This document shows positions 13,365-23,569 of a stretch of 28,247 bases of DNA, piece by piece. Origin of the DNA: Proteromonas lacertae (Eukaryota); assembly GCA_002245135.1 (NCBI GenBank), contig NGBS01000321.1:62001-90247 (forward strand), read 5' to 3'. Position 1 is the stretch's first letter. Each line of letters begins with the position of its first letter. The position numbers and the translations under genes are program-made. A model generated the notes under the pieces. The model searched no databases and was not told where the DNA came from. It was given only the letters and a program-made list of their open reading frames with translations.

Positions 13365-13936
13365 ATGACAAGTGTTCCAAGCAATGCAGAGAAATGGAAA
13401 ACTCTTATTGAAGGTATGAAATGGGTGTTCTCTCGATGGACAGTATAGATTCACACCTATTATTCCGTAGGCATTAAATTTAGCAATTGAGAATAATTGG
13501 GGTGGAGGTGATTCTCAACAAAAGAAGATCAAGTTACAGGATATGGCTGTGCAATTGTTTAAAAAGAGATGGGTTAAACAAGGTGGTATTTATTAAAGAA
13601 ATGTAATTTTATATTATAGATGCTGGTAGAATATACAGAGATGAATTATCATACGATTATGAAGATAAAATAGATGAATTCTTTTGTATGGATTGTGATG
13701 ATGGAAGTATTGATCAAGTTGTAGATAGCCTAATATATATTTATGACCAATGTAAAAGTGGAAATGTCGAAGAAATAAAAAATGCAATGCAACAACAGCC
13801 AGCTGATATGAACACAGCAGTAATGAAATCTGTATTAAATCATATGGAAGAAAGTGATGAAGAAGAAGAGGATGAAGAAGTAGAAGATGGTGATGAAGAA
13901 GAAGAGTATGTAGAAGGTGAAACAGATGAATTATAA
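13365..13936 (+). CDS. TSR2: Pre-rRNA-processing protein Tsr2 (WGG domain)
   Basis: Spliced product contains VFSRWTALNLAIENNWGGGDS, F..DCDDGSIDQV and an acidic tail. Two short introns (about 13443-13470 and 13586-13619). Confidence 0.92.
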
Positions 13937-14055
13937 TACAGTTTTTTTTAACATGTCATTTTCTAGGTTTTTGTTTTTAGTAATAATCTATTTTTATGTT
14001 TGTTTGGGATGTTTTAAACAAATATACAACAATAATTAGAATAATATATCTGAAA

Positions 14056-15490
14056 TTAACAAAAATCTGGAAACATGGTACTCATTGTATTTTGATACAT
14101 ATCTGCAGGTCCAGAATATCTGACTTTCCATTTATCAACAAATTTTGATCTAATTTCAATAATAGGGTTAGTAAATTGATTATCAACAATTCCTATATCA
14201 GCGATATATAAAAGATCAACTGCTTTATTAATCTCATTTTTATCAGTTAAATCATCACATTTTGTCCTAGAATCATAATAATTATTGAAGGTCACATACT
14301 ATTTCAATTAAATAAAGTAAATATAAAAATTATACAATGCTTGCTTTTCTAATTGAATCAGTTAAATTAATGAAATAATTAGCAATATCTTTAAAAGTAG
14401 AATATTTCTTATCTTTCTTTAATAAATCAGAATGAGTGAATGCTTTATTCATATAAGTGATTAAATAACCACAACATTGTGGTGATGCATTTAACTGTGA
14501 TAAATAATAAGGTATTCTTTCATTAGATTGTGGTTGAGATGTATTGAAAATGAATAAATCCAATGATGGAAATCCATATAATAAATAACTCCAACCTTCA
14601 TAATAAATATGAAAGAACTAAATATATAAATATATATATACATCAATAGTACTTATTAAATCATTCATTATTTTAGAATCAATTATATTCTTCTTTGATA
14701 AAGATTGAAATTCATTTGATGATTTATAAAAGTAAGTAGCTGATGTTGAAAATGATGTAGCTAGATTTCCATTATCAAATGTTACATTTTCACTTAAATA
14801 AGATTCTAGCGATTTATGATTAAATTGAATATTATTACCATAGTAACTACACAAACCAACAAATAAGTATTGAAATCCTCTTACATAATACAACAAACCA
14901 TTCAAAAAAGAAGGTGATAATTCAGGCAGATTTGAATCTATTAAATTGAGAGATATTACATATGCTAATATTTCTTTCACTGTTAAGTATTTGGCTATTA
15001 TTTGTCTTAAGACAATTTCATCTATTTTGTGGTTTTGTATTGATGTAATATTACCTGTAAGAATTGGTTCTTTGTGATTTCCCATATTTCCTATTTCTGA
15101 TATTATACCGATTGCTATTGGTAATAATGTCATAGCTTTTTCTAGATCTATGTTGGGAATGTATTTATCTTTCAATTTTGGTGAAATAAATGAATGCCAT
15201 GACCAACTAATTGTACTGCCTGATTTTAAAATCTTATTAAATGCTGACAATTTACTGAGATATTCTTTTACTTTGAGCAATCTATCATATAAATTTGTCT
15301 TAGGGTTTATTGCTTCTTCTCGTAATGTTTTTAATTGATCTGGTATAGTGCCATATTCCTGTTTATTTCCTGTATTCCCTCCAAGAGTCATTGTAAGACT
15401 AAATTTTGAAGCTCCTAATTTCATAGTCATAGCATTCTTTTGATACTTAGAAAATGCAGTGATTATATCCTTTGAAAGTGGTAAACTCAT
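14056..15490 (-). CDS. Divergent BRO1-domain-like protein, paralog B
   Basis: Probable ATG at 15490; introns 14618-14641 and about 14299-14335. ISWSWHSF...NIDLEKAMTLL resembles the BRO1 FxW...ExA segment. Clearly paralogous to 18719-20104. Family assignment is tentative; the gene itself is well supported. Confidence 0.55.
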
Positions 15491-15559
15491 CTCAAAACAA
15501 TTTTTGGCTTTTTTGTTTTCTAAAAAATATCCGTTTCTATGAAATTTATTTTTCAATTA

Positions 15560-15582
15560 CAGTCAAAAACCTTTAACTTGAA
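15560..15582 (+). repeat. Left terminal inverted repeat
   Basis: CAGTCAAAAACCTTTAACTTGAA preceded by TA. Confidence 0.95.
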
Positions 15583-16663
15583 TTTTTATAACTTGAACCA
15601 TTTTTCTTTCAAAGTTTTTGCATTTTGTGTTAAGTTGGGGTATTTAATTTTAAAACTTTTCTTTGTTACATAACATTCTCTACAAGTATTATTATTTTAT
15701 AGCTCATTTAAAATAAATGAGTAAATGTTTAATATATTATGAAGTATATAGCTTCTATTTTATTTCTATAGGTATGCAGAATAATAAAAATGGTTATTTG
15801 ATAGAGATTAGAAATTATAAGAAATATTTGGGAGTAGTTTGGGAATTAAATTATTTATTATAGTAGATTGAGACTTAGTATTTGTGTTGATGGTAATTGG
15901 AGTGAATATAGTAAATGTTTTTTTGACTTTCGATAATGTTCTAAGAATAAGTGAAATCAACCTCAGAAACTGATAATAAATGAAGTAAATGGAGTAAATG
16001 CAATGAATATTCAGCTTAATAAGAAAAGAATAATCTATAATTACACATTACCTTCAGAAAATACCAAATAATGTGATGTCTATACAGTTGAATGAAATGT
16101 AAGCTGTAAAACCACTGTTCTGGTTGATGAAAAATGATATACGCTAGTATAATCACAACATTACTATTAGTTATGATGTAAAACATAATTGTTGGAAATA
16201 ATGCACATAAGTTATTCAGAAATAGTGTATGAGATAAGACAATACATTTAATAATGTAAATTGGTTGATATATATCTTTCAATTGAATGATTAGAAGTAA
16301 ATATGGAGTAATAGGTTTTTAATTAAAAAGAATCTAATTTGAAATGAATAATGTTATTGATGTATATAGAGATGAAGAAGTTAGAAAATCGAAAATAAAT
16401 TGTGAAACAGTAATTTAAATCCGTAATATTTTTTATATTGTTGTTATAATTGTTATGCTGATTTGATGTAATAAACAATAAAGTGCTAATTTAATAAATG
16501 GTACATACAAGCTTGATGATCAATTTCTGCGTAGATATTCTCAACATCTATTGACGATGTTGACACAAAATATGAATTTTATTTCACTAAATAAGACTAG
16601 ACTACATTTATTCCTTTTCTTTTCTCTTGGCTCGGCTTGAATTTTTTGAACAAAGCGCCTTTT

Positions 16664-18076
16664 ATGTCTTGTCAAAACTCAACTATTACTAGAAAATGCA
16701 ATAATAGAACATTAGCAGAGAAAGCAGAGGCTGTATATGAGCTTGATAACAAGAAAACAACAAGAGCTAAGGTGATGGCAAAATTGAATGTTGTTAACTC
16801 TACGATTACTAACTGGCTTTATAATAGAGATACAATAATGAAGTATTTTGACTGTGATAAATACATGGCTACTATTAAAAGAGAAAAAAAAACACAAAAC
16901 CCTGAATTGGAAAAAGGTTTGAAGATATGGTTTGATGAAGCTTATAAAATACTACCTTTGACACATATTCCTGTCACGAAAAGTTTATTATTAAGTGAAG
17001 CTAGGATACTAAACAAGAATAATGTAGGTAAAGCTATAGTAAGTCAAAGCTATATAGATGGATTCATGAAAAGAAATGGTTTATCTTGTATCGTATTACA
17101 TGGAGAAGCTTTCTCTGTAGGTACTGTGAATCTAAAGCCAATACAAGATGTAATGAGTCAATATGAGCCTAAATATATCTTCAATATGGATGAAACCTCA
17201 CTATTTTACCAGCAATTACCTCAAAAATGTGTTGTAAAAAATGTAGAAAAATCAGATTTTCGAGGTTTTAAGATGTCTAAACAACGAATATCTATAGCAG
17301 TCACAGTCAACATGGATAACAGTGTATATATTCCATTATTGTTCATTGGAAAGGCCAAAAAACCAAACTGTTTCAGTGATGTTCCGAAATGTTATACCAG
17401 TCAACATCATGCTTGGATGGATTCGACTGTTTTCATTAGTGCTTTGAAGGGCAATTACAAGACATCAATCCTCAATGAATGTGTGAAAACTATTGACAAT
17501 TTCGAAGAAATTAGACGAATAAAAGTAAAAAATGGAATGGGTGGATTGAAATTTGGTAAAACTCCTAATATTGCAGATTCGATTGTTTATATGACAACTG
17601 TATTTAATGAAATGAAATCTTCAACAGTAATCAATTGCTGGAAACAGTCAACAATACCTACTGTAACTCAAATGGCGAAGCTCGAAAGAGTTCTAGAATT
17701 ATTACCACCAGAAGAAGACCATAGTGTAAAATTAAGGTTAGCATTGGCTGATATTCTTGAAAAAATAAAGGTTTTAAATCCTATAAACAGTAAAAGTACA
17801 TTCATTACAGGTAGTTCATTATATTCTGCAACTAGAATTGAAGATCTTTGTCCATTTATGCATTTTGAAGAGTCTCCAGCCTTTCAAGTTTCAGTCATTA
17901 ATGACACTTCGATGAATATCACTGAAAATATTATAGATAGTGACAAAAAAGAAGAATTAATGACAACAAAATTCAAAAGAAAACTTAATAAACTATACAG
18001 ATCATGTTGCAATATGAATGACGTTAAGAAACAAAGGATATCAAAATGTTTTGACGAATTAAAAACCAATTTATAG
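16664..18076 (+). CDS. pogo/Tigger transposase (psq-type HTH, CENP-B HTH, DDE_1 domain with internal deletion)
   Basis: First ATG 16664. RTLAEKAEAV...STITNWL, ELEKGLKIWF...YIDGFMKRNGL, IFNMDETSLFY, KQRISIAV, PLLFIGKAKKP, AWMDSTVF, VINCWK. The LLxxDN and QPxD motifs are absent. Confidence 0.92.
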   Translation: MSCQNSTITRKCNNRTLAEKAEAVYELDNKKTTRAKVMAKLNVVNSTITNWLYNRDTIMKYFDCDKYMATIKREKKTQNPELEKGLKIWFDEAYKILPLTHIPVTKSLLLSEARILNKNNVGKAIVSQSYIDGFMKRNGLSCIVLHGEAFSVGTVNLKPIQDVMSQYEPKYIFNMDETSLFYQQLPQKCVVKNVEKSDFRGFKMSKQRISIAVTVNMDNSVYIPLLFIGKAKKPNCFSDVPKCYTSQHHAWMDSTVFISALKGNYKTSILNECVKTIDNFEEIRRIKVKNGMGGLKFGKTPNIADSIVYMTTVFNEMKSSTVINCWKQSTIPTVTQMAKLERVLELLPPEEDHSVKLRLALADILEKIKVLNPINSKSTFITGSSLYSATRIEDLCPFMHFEESPAFQVSVINDTSMNITENIIDSDKKEELMTTKFKRKLNKLYRSCCNMNDVKKQRISKCFDELKTNL

Positions 18077-18632
18077 ATTAATACTATTATTTTTACATCA
18101 TATTTTATTTGTTAATTGTTTTTTGGAGGGTTTAACTATAAAATATCAATCAATAAAATAAGTAGAAGGTGTTGATATGGTTATTTTATTATGTAGATGC
18201 CTAGATGTGGTTATAAAGACAAGAATTCTAAGTATAAAATAATTTGATCGTTTCATTTTTTATAAAACTGTAATACTTAGCATAAATAGATTATAATATT
18301 CATTAGTTTAAACTTAATTCATAACAAATATTAGGAAATTTCCACTCTTTTCTCAAATTAAATAGTATTCAACAATTAAAATGCTCTAGTCACTACATAC
18401 AATTCATGAAGCAGTATATAAAGATTTTAATATATAATACCTTATAATATATCAAACAATAACAAAATAAGATAGTAATGTAAATATATAGCGAAAATAA
18501 AAAGACTATAGATATATAGATGTATTATAACAACGTCTTATCTATTTCAAAACCCCAACAAACACCTCTAATATATAAAACCATAACTTGAATATGGGGG
18601 TATTTTTGGTTATTTTTTCGCTATTCAAGCTG

Positions 18633-18655
18633 TTCAAGTTAAAGGTTTTTGACTG
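18633..18655 (-). repeat. Right terminal inverted repeat
   Basis: TTCAAGTTAAAGGTTTTTGACTG followed by TA; exact reverse complement of the left TIR. Confidence 0.95.
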
Positions 18656-18718
18656 TATCTCATCAAAAAAAACAATGTTCACAACTAATTAAAATAATAT
18701 ATTAAACATTCATCATTC

Positions 18719-20104
18719 TCATTTCGTTTGATTCAATATATCTGGAAACAGTAACTCAATTGATTCATTGTAAAGATTTGTTATACCACATGCTTTTGGT
18801 AATTCTATCATACTTGATGGTATAGTCAGTTCATATCCACAAAATCTACATCCCGTTATTAATGCTTTAGCTATAACCATTGGTGTTGGTTCTTTCCTTA
18901 ATTCATCCACATTATAGATTGGATCTGGTTCTTCATTAACAATTCTATCTTTGAAACTACTTTCTACTTTATCAATAACTTCTTTATAATAATCCACTAC
19001 AACTGTAACATCTGAGTTTCTAGTATATAAAGATGAATGTAAAACTTTTATAAATTCACTTTTTACTTTTTTAATATATTTCAATCTTTCATTTAATTTA
19101 GTCATGGTTGTATCAAATGTAGTTTTTAACTTTGGAATATTATTCTCCTTGTTAACACTATTATATTCATATAAATCAATTGTAGGGATTCCATATAATA
19201 GAAAACCCATGGATTTATAGAAATACATAAGCAACTATATAAATTATAAAAACTAATATTAATATATATATAGATATACACAACATCCATCATTTAAAGG
19301 ATCACATAACACTTTTACACTTGTATTAGCTTGAACTTGACTTTTATTAAACTCATTATTTGCCTTTATTAAGAATTCAGCAGCTGTCGAATAATATCTA
19401 GCAAGATTACCATCATCAAATCTTATTGAATATCTTATACTATCCTCTATAAAATCACCCAATGAAACTTGAGCTATTTGATCACCATATGATATTTTAT
19501 AACCAACAAATATCAATTGCAATCCTTGAATATAATATAATAATCCTTTTAAATAGATTTTATTCAATTCTGGAAATTTACTTTCTTCTATATTCAAATC
19601 TAAAATATAGCTTAAAATTTCTTTTGCTATTTTGTAATTATTTATTGTTTCAGTTATTAATTTGTTATCCAATCGTTTTTGTCCTAATGAACTCCCAGTT
19701 AATATTGGCTCTAAGTGATTTGCTACTCTACATCTGTCTATAAATTTGAATACAAGAAGAATTAGCAACATAGCTTTTTCTATGTCCAAATTTGTAATAG
19801 TTTCTTTCTTTTCGTTGTAATAAGATGACCATTCAAACCTCATTTCGTATTTCTCACCACTATCTATTAAGGTTTGATTAAATGCTTCAGCTTTTGATAT
19901 ATAATCTCTGACCATTTTTAAATGATCTTCGAAAGTATTACCAACACCTGAAGCAATTCGTCTAGCTTCTTCAAGTTCTTGAGGCAAAGTTCCTAAACTA
20001 GTTAATTTACCTTTAAACCAGCTTGTAGCAGTTAGTCTGTATTTGCCACATTTATCAAACGAATATGGGGCTGAATAGTCTAACGGATAAGGTAGAATAT
20101 TCAT
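18719..20104 (-). CDS. Divergent BRO1-domain-like protein, paralog A
   Basis: ATG at 20104, one intron about 19235-19278. MRFEWSSY...NLDIEKAMLL resembles BRO1. Shares NHxEPILTG, KEILxY, PEL...LxGLLYY, FDxGNLA, LLYGxPxxDL and FPD with paralog B. Confidence 0.55.
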
Positions 20105-20317
20105 TTTTAAAAAGTCATAAAAATATACTCGTTTCACTTTTTCTTTTTACACTTCATCTACATTATACAGAAGATGTACATAACTATTAAGTACAATATA
20201 TCATTTTTGACAACATATTATATGTAACACTATCAATCAATTTTGTTTTCATTAATCCTTCACTTAATTAGCTTGATTCTGATTTGTTCAAAATAAATTT
20301 AAATATTTAAAAAATAA

Positions 20318-22582
20318 ATGCTTAAATCATACAGAAATAAGAAACCTGTAAAAAGAGTCAAGAAAAAAACAGCTAGAGATTTTATTGATGATTTGGATAA
20401 ATCTCTATCACGAATAAATAAATCTTACGACATTTACGTCTCTCAGTATAGTAAATATATTATAAAATTTAAATTGTAGATCATATGGACCTACTAACAG
20501 AAATGAAATATTAAATAAATCATTACAACCTCGTAGATCAGAAAATTATACTAGATCTGTGAGTTATCTAGGACAACTGTATATAAAATATTCTATATAC
20601 TATAGTGGAACAAAACCATATGGTGCTTTTTCTCCTCCAAAACCACTTCCTGATTACTTAGTTGCTAGAAATAAGACTTTAATAACTAAAGAAGATAGAG
20701 ATATAACTGATTATGCTCCAGGTATAAAAGTAGTACCATCTGATCTAAAAGAAAGAATATTCACATTAGCAGATTATGCAAATAGTGCAATGGAAAAATC
20801 ATATGCACCAATCACAGGAAAGAGAATTGGAGCTGCTGTATTGACAGAAAACGGTCATATTTACACTGGTTCAATAGTAGAGAGTCAAATATCTGGTTCA
20901 ACAATATGTGCAGAAAGAGCAGCAATTATTAAAGCAATTACTGAAGGTGATATGAAATATGATAGTTTGGTAATTTATGGTGATTCAAAAGATGATTTTC
21001 CATACCCCTGTGGTTCTTGTAGACAGTTTATGGCTGAATATGGTGATTTTTTTATTGGATTGATGAAAGCTGATAGTTCATTACGTATATATAAAGCATC
21101 TTCATTACTTCCAAATGCTTCAAAACCAGTAAGATCCACAGTATATAAAACAACGCTTGATGAAATAGCTGATGAAATTCAAAAATCAAGAAGTAAAGGA
21201 AATGATAATATCATGTTTTGGAATACTAGAGATGTAGGTGATTGGCTTGAAAAACATAATTTCCAACGATATATTGAATCATTTGAAAGAGAGCATATTA
21301 CAGGTGAAAAACTAGTTCAATTAACAGAAAAAGATTTAAAATATATTGGTGTAGAAAATGCACATATCCCTGAAATGTTATCTATTTTAAGAGATTTAGT
21401 TGAACATAATATCAGAGAATATGGTATAGAAAATAAACAGATAAAAGAATATGTTGAATTGTTAGATAGAGATAGAATAAGAACAATTGCTAGATTAAAA
21501 AGAGTATTTGATTTATATGATCTTGATAAAGATGGTTTTATTAATAGAATTGAAGTACAATGTGTGTTAGAAAAACTACATAACACTTCTAATGACAATG
21601 TAGCTAAATGGTTGAAAGAAAATGCAAAGAAAAATGATTTAATATCATTTGAAGATTTTGTTGAATGTTATGTTAATTTAGCAAGTGGTAAAATCCCACC
21701 AGAACCTCATCAAAAGAAGATAAATGATATTAGACTATACGATGATGATGATGATATAGAATATATATTAAGGAAATATAACAGAAGAGATAATTCTTCA
21801 GTTCCACTAAATACAATACGGATATTGAAAGATAATTTCACTAAATTAGATATGAATAAAGATAATAGAATTAATATTGATGAAGCTTCTACTATATTTG
21901 ATCGTATTGGTAATCCACTGGATAAAGAAACACTGAGTGTATTTATGAAAGGAAGAGGTTTAATCACAATGGAATATATTAGTTTTATTGATGTTTTAGA
22001 AGCTTATATTGCATTGATTATGAATAGAACTTTAAAAGAATCAATTGAATTTAAAAGAATACCTGATGAAACAAGTCCAAGTTATACATTTATAAAATCA
22101 ACAAGAAAAGAATTATTACCATTTGATGCATATAGAGATAAAGGATTATCATCAACAACAAAGTCATTTTCTGAATCTAAAACAATGGATCCTGAAGTGA
22201 AGAAAGTAGAACAAGAATCAAAAACAGCTGATATAAAGAATCAGACAAAAAGAGAAGATTTCTTTTCAGGTACAACAAAAGGAGGAGGAGAATCAAAGAC
22301 TGATACATTAAAAGATGATGATATGTTTGATGATTTCGATAAAAGTGATTCATTTAAAGTTTCGTTTAATATTGGAGATCATGTTATTCATAAAGGTAGA
22401 AAAGCTGTTATTGAAAGGAAGAAAGCTGCAGAGACGTATTATATTTATTACTATTATTATATAGATGGCAAATTAGATATGATGATGGTGATACAGCTAC
22501 CGTTAAGTCTGAATCTTTGAAAAAAGATGATGTTGTGAAAAAATCATTTACTTCAGAAGATATGAAACAAAATACAAAATAA
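20318..22582 (+). CDS. Multidomain protein: cytidine deaminase + SAM + two EF-hand pairs + Tudor-like domain
   Basis: ATG 20318; introns 20446-20479, 20579-20605, 22436-22464; TAA 22580-22582. Deaminase: SYAP...IGAAVLT...TICAERAAI...PCGSCRQFMAE. SAM: WNTRDVGDWL...YIESFEREHITGEKLVQLTEKDLKYIGV. EF loops: DLDKDGFINRIE, DMNKDNRINIDE. Tudor-like: FNIGDHV...WQIRYDDGDT. Confidence 0.88.
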
Positions 22583-22631
22583 AAACTATTAAATTACTTG
22601 TTCTTTTTTTTAAAAATAAATTATTGTTTAA

Positions 22632-23475
22632 CTAATTCTTTTGTTGAATGTAAAATGTTACTTCACCACAACTTGTCTTGTGTTTTTCATGTTCTAATAC
22701 AATCCACATTGGAGATGGTATTCTTTTAGTTACAGTTATAAAGAATGAACCTGGTTTCATTTTCTCTAATTCAATAAAATATATTACAATATATACGTGC
22801 ATTGTTAGCTAGTGCATCCATCATTGTACTATCGTAACCAATACTATTCGCAAATACAACAGTAGCATCAGATAAATCAACACTCATAAAATCAGCTTTT
22901 CTAAAATCAATTTGTGTAGATGCTTTTTCTGAATCTAGAAACGGTAATATTTCTACTCTCCATTTGTTTTTTAACTCAATGGAAGCATCATATAAATGAT
23001 CTAACAACTCAATCCCAACACAACTATCAAATGTATGAAACATAGCTGCAGCAAATAAAGCTTTACCACAACCACTACCACAGTCATAAAAATTTCCTCC
23101 CTTTTCTTGAAGTCCACCATAAGTTGTGATTATTTTCTCAAACACATTCGCAAAAGCTTGATAATCAATTTCACTATAGACAAAAGCAAGAGCTGTCAAT
23201 TGATTTTCTGCTCTATCTTGGTTTGCTAGTGATTTCACTGTAGCTAAAGGATAATCTTGCATTAATCTGTGAAAATATATAGCTTGTCTTTTTACTATAA
23301 AAATTAATAATAACTTTCATTAATATATACCATAAGCAGTAAATGTTTCTGATTTATCACCTACTTGAGATAAACCACCTGAACTAATTGATTTTAACCT
23401 TTGACTATGTCGAGATAATCTACTCGTCGAACGAGCTATATGTTGTGAAGGAATTGAATAACGAAAATTACTCAT
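22632..23475 (-). CDS. Class I SAM-dependent methyltransferase, DOT1-like
   Basis: ATG 23475, introns 23295-23330 and 22766-22796, TAG 22632-22634. FVYSEI, FYDCGSGCGKALFAAA, VGIEL, ADF...ATVVFANS and MKPGSFFIT follow the DOT1-type motif order. Confidence 0.8.
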
Positions 23476-23569
23476 AACGACTATAATTTTTAAAACTCTA
23501 TTTTAACCAATTCAAACACAAATCTTATAATATCAGTATAAAAATAATATTAACTTTTTTAATAATAGA

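Larger units (their letters stand above)
15560..18655 (+). mobile_element. pogo/Tigger-type (Tc1/mariner superfamily) DNA transposon, 3,096 bp
   Basis: Perfect 23-bp TIRs CAGTCAAAAACCTTTAACTTGAA, TA dinucleotides at 15558-15559 and 18656-18657, internal intronless pogo-type transposase. Confidence 0.95.

Noticed and set aside
13997..14004. TGTTTGTT, the Blastocystis motif linked to stop codons created by polyadenylation
   Set aside because: It lies about 60 bp after an encoded TAA of TSR2, and every complete gene modelled here has a genomically encoded stop, so there is no evidence for poly(A)-generated stops in this window.
16016..16282. 88-aa minus-strand ORF inside the transposon as a second element gene
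   Set aside because: Non-ATG start, composition typical of AT-rich non-coding reverse frames, no motif.
15900..16400. Stop-codon reassignment suggested by coding-like sequence with many in-frame stops
   Set aside because: All three stop types occur there, and conserved genes in the window have no in-frame stops once spliced.
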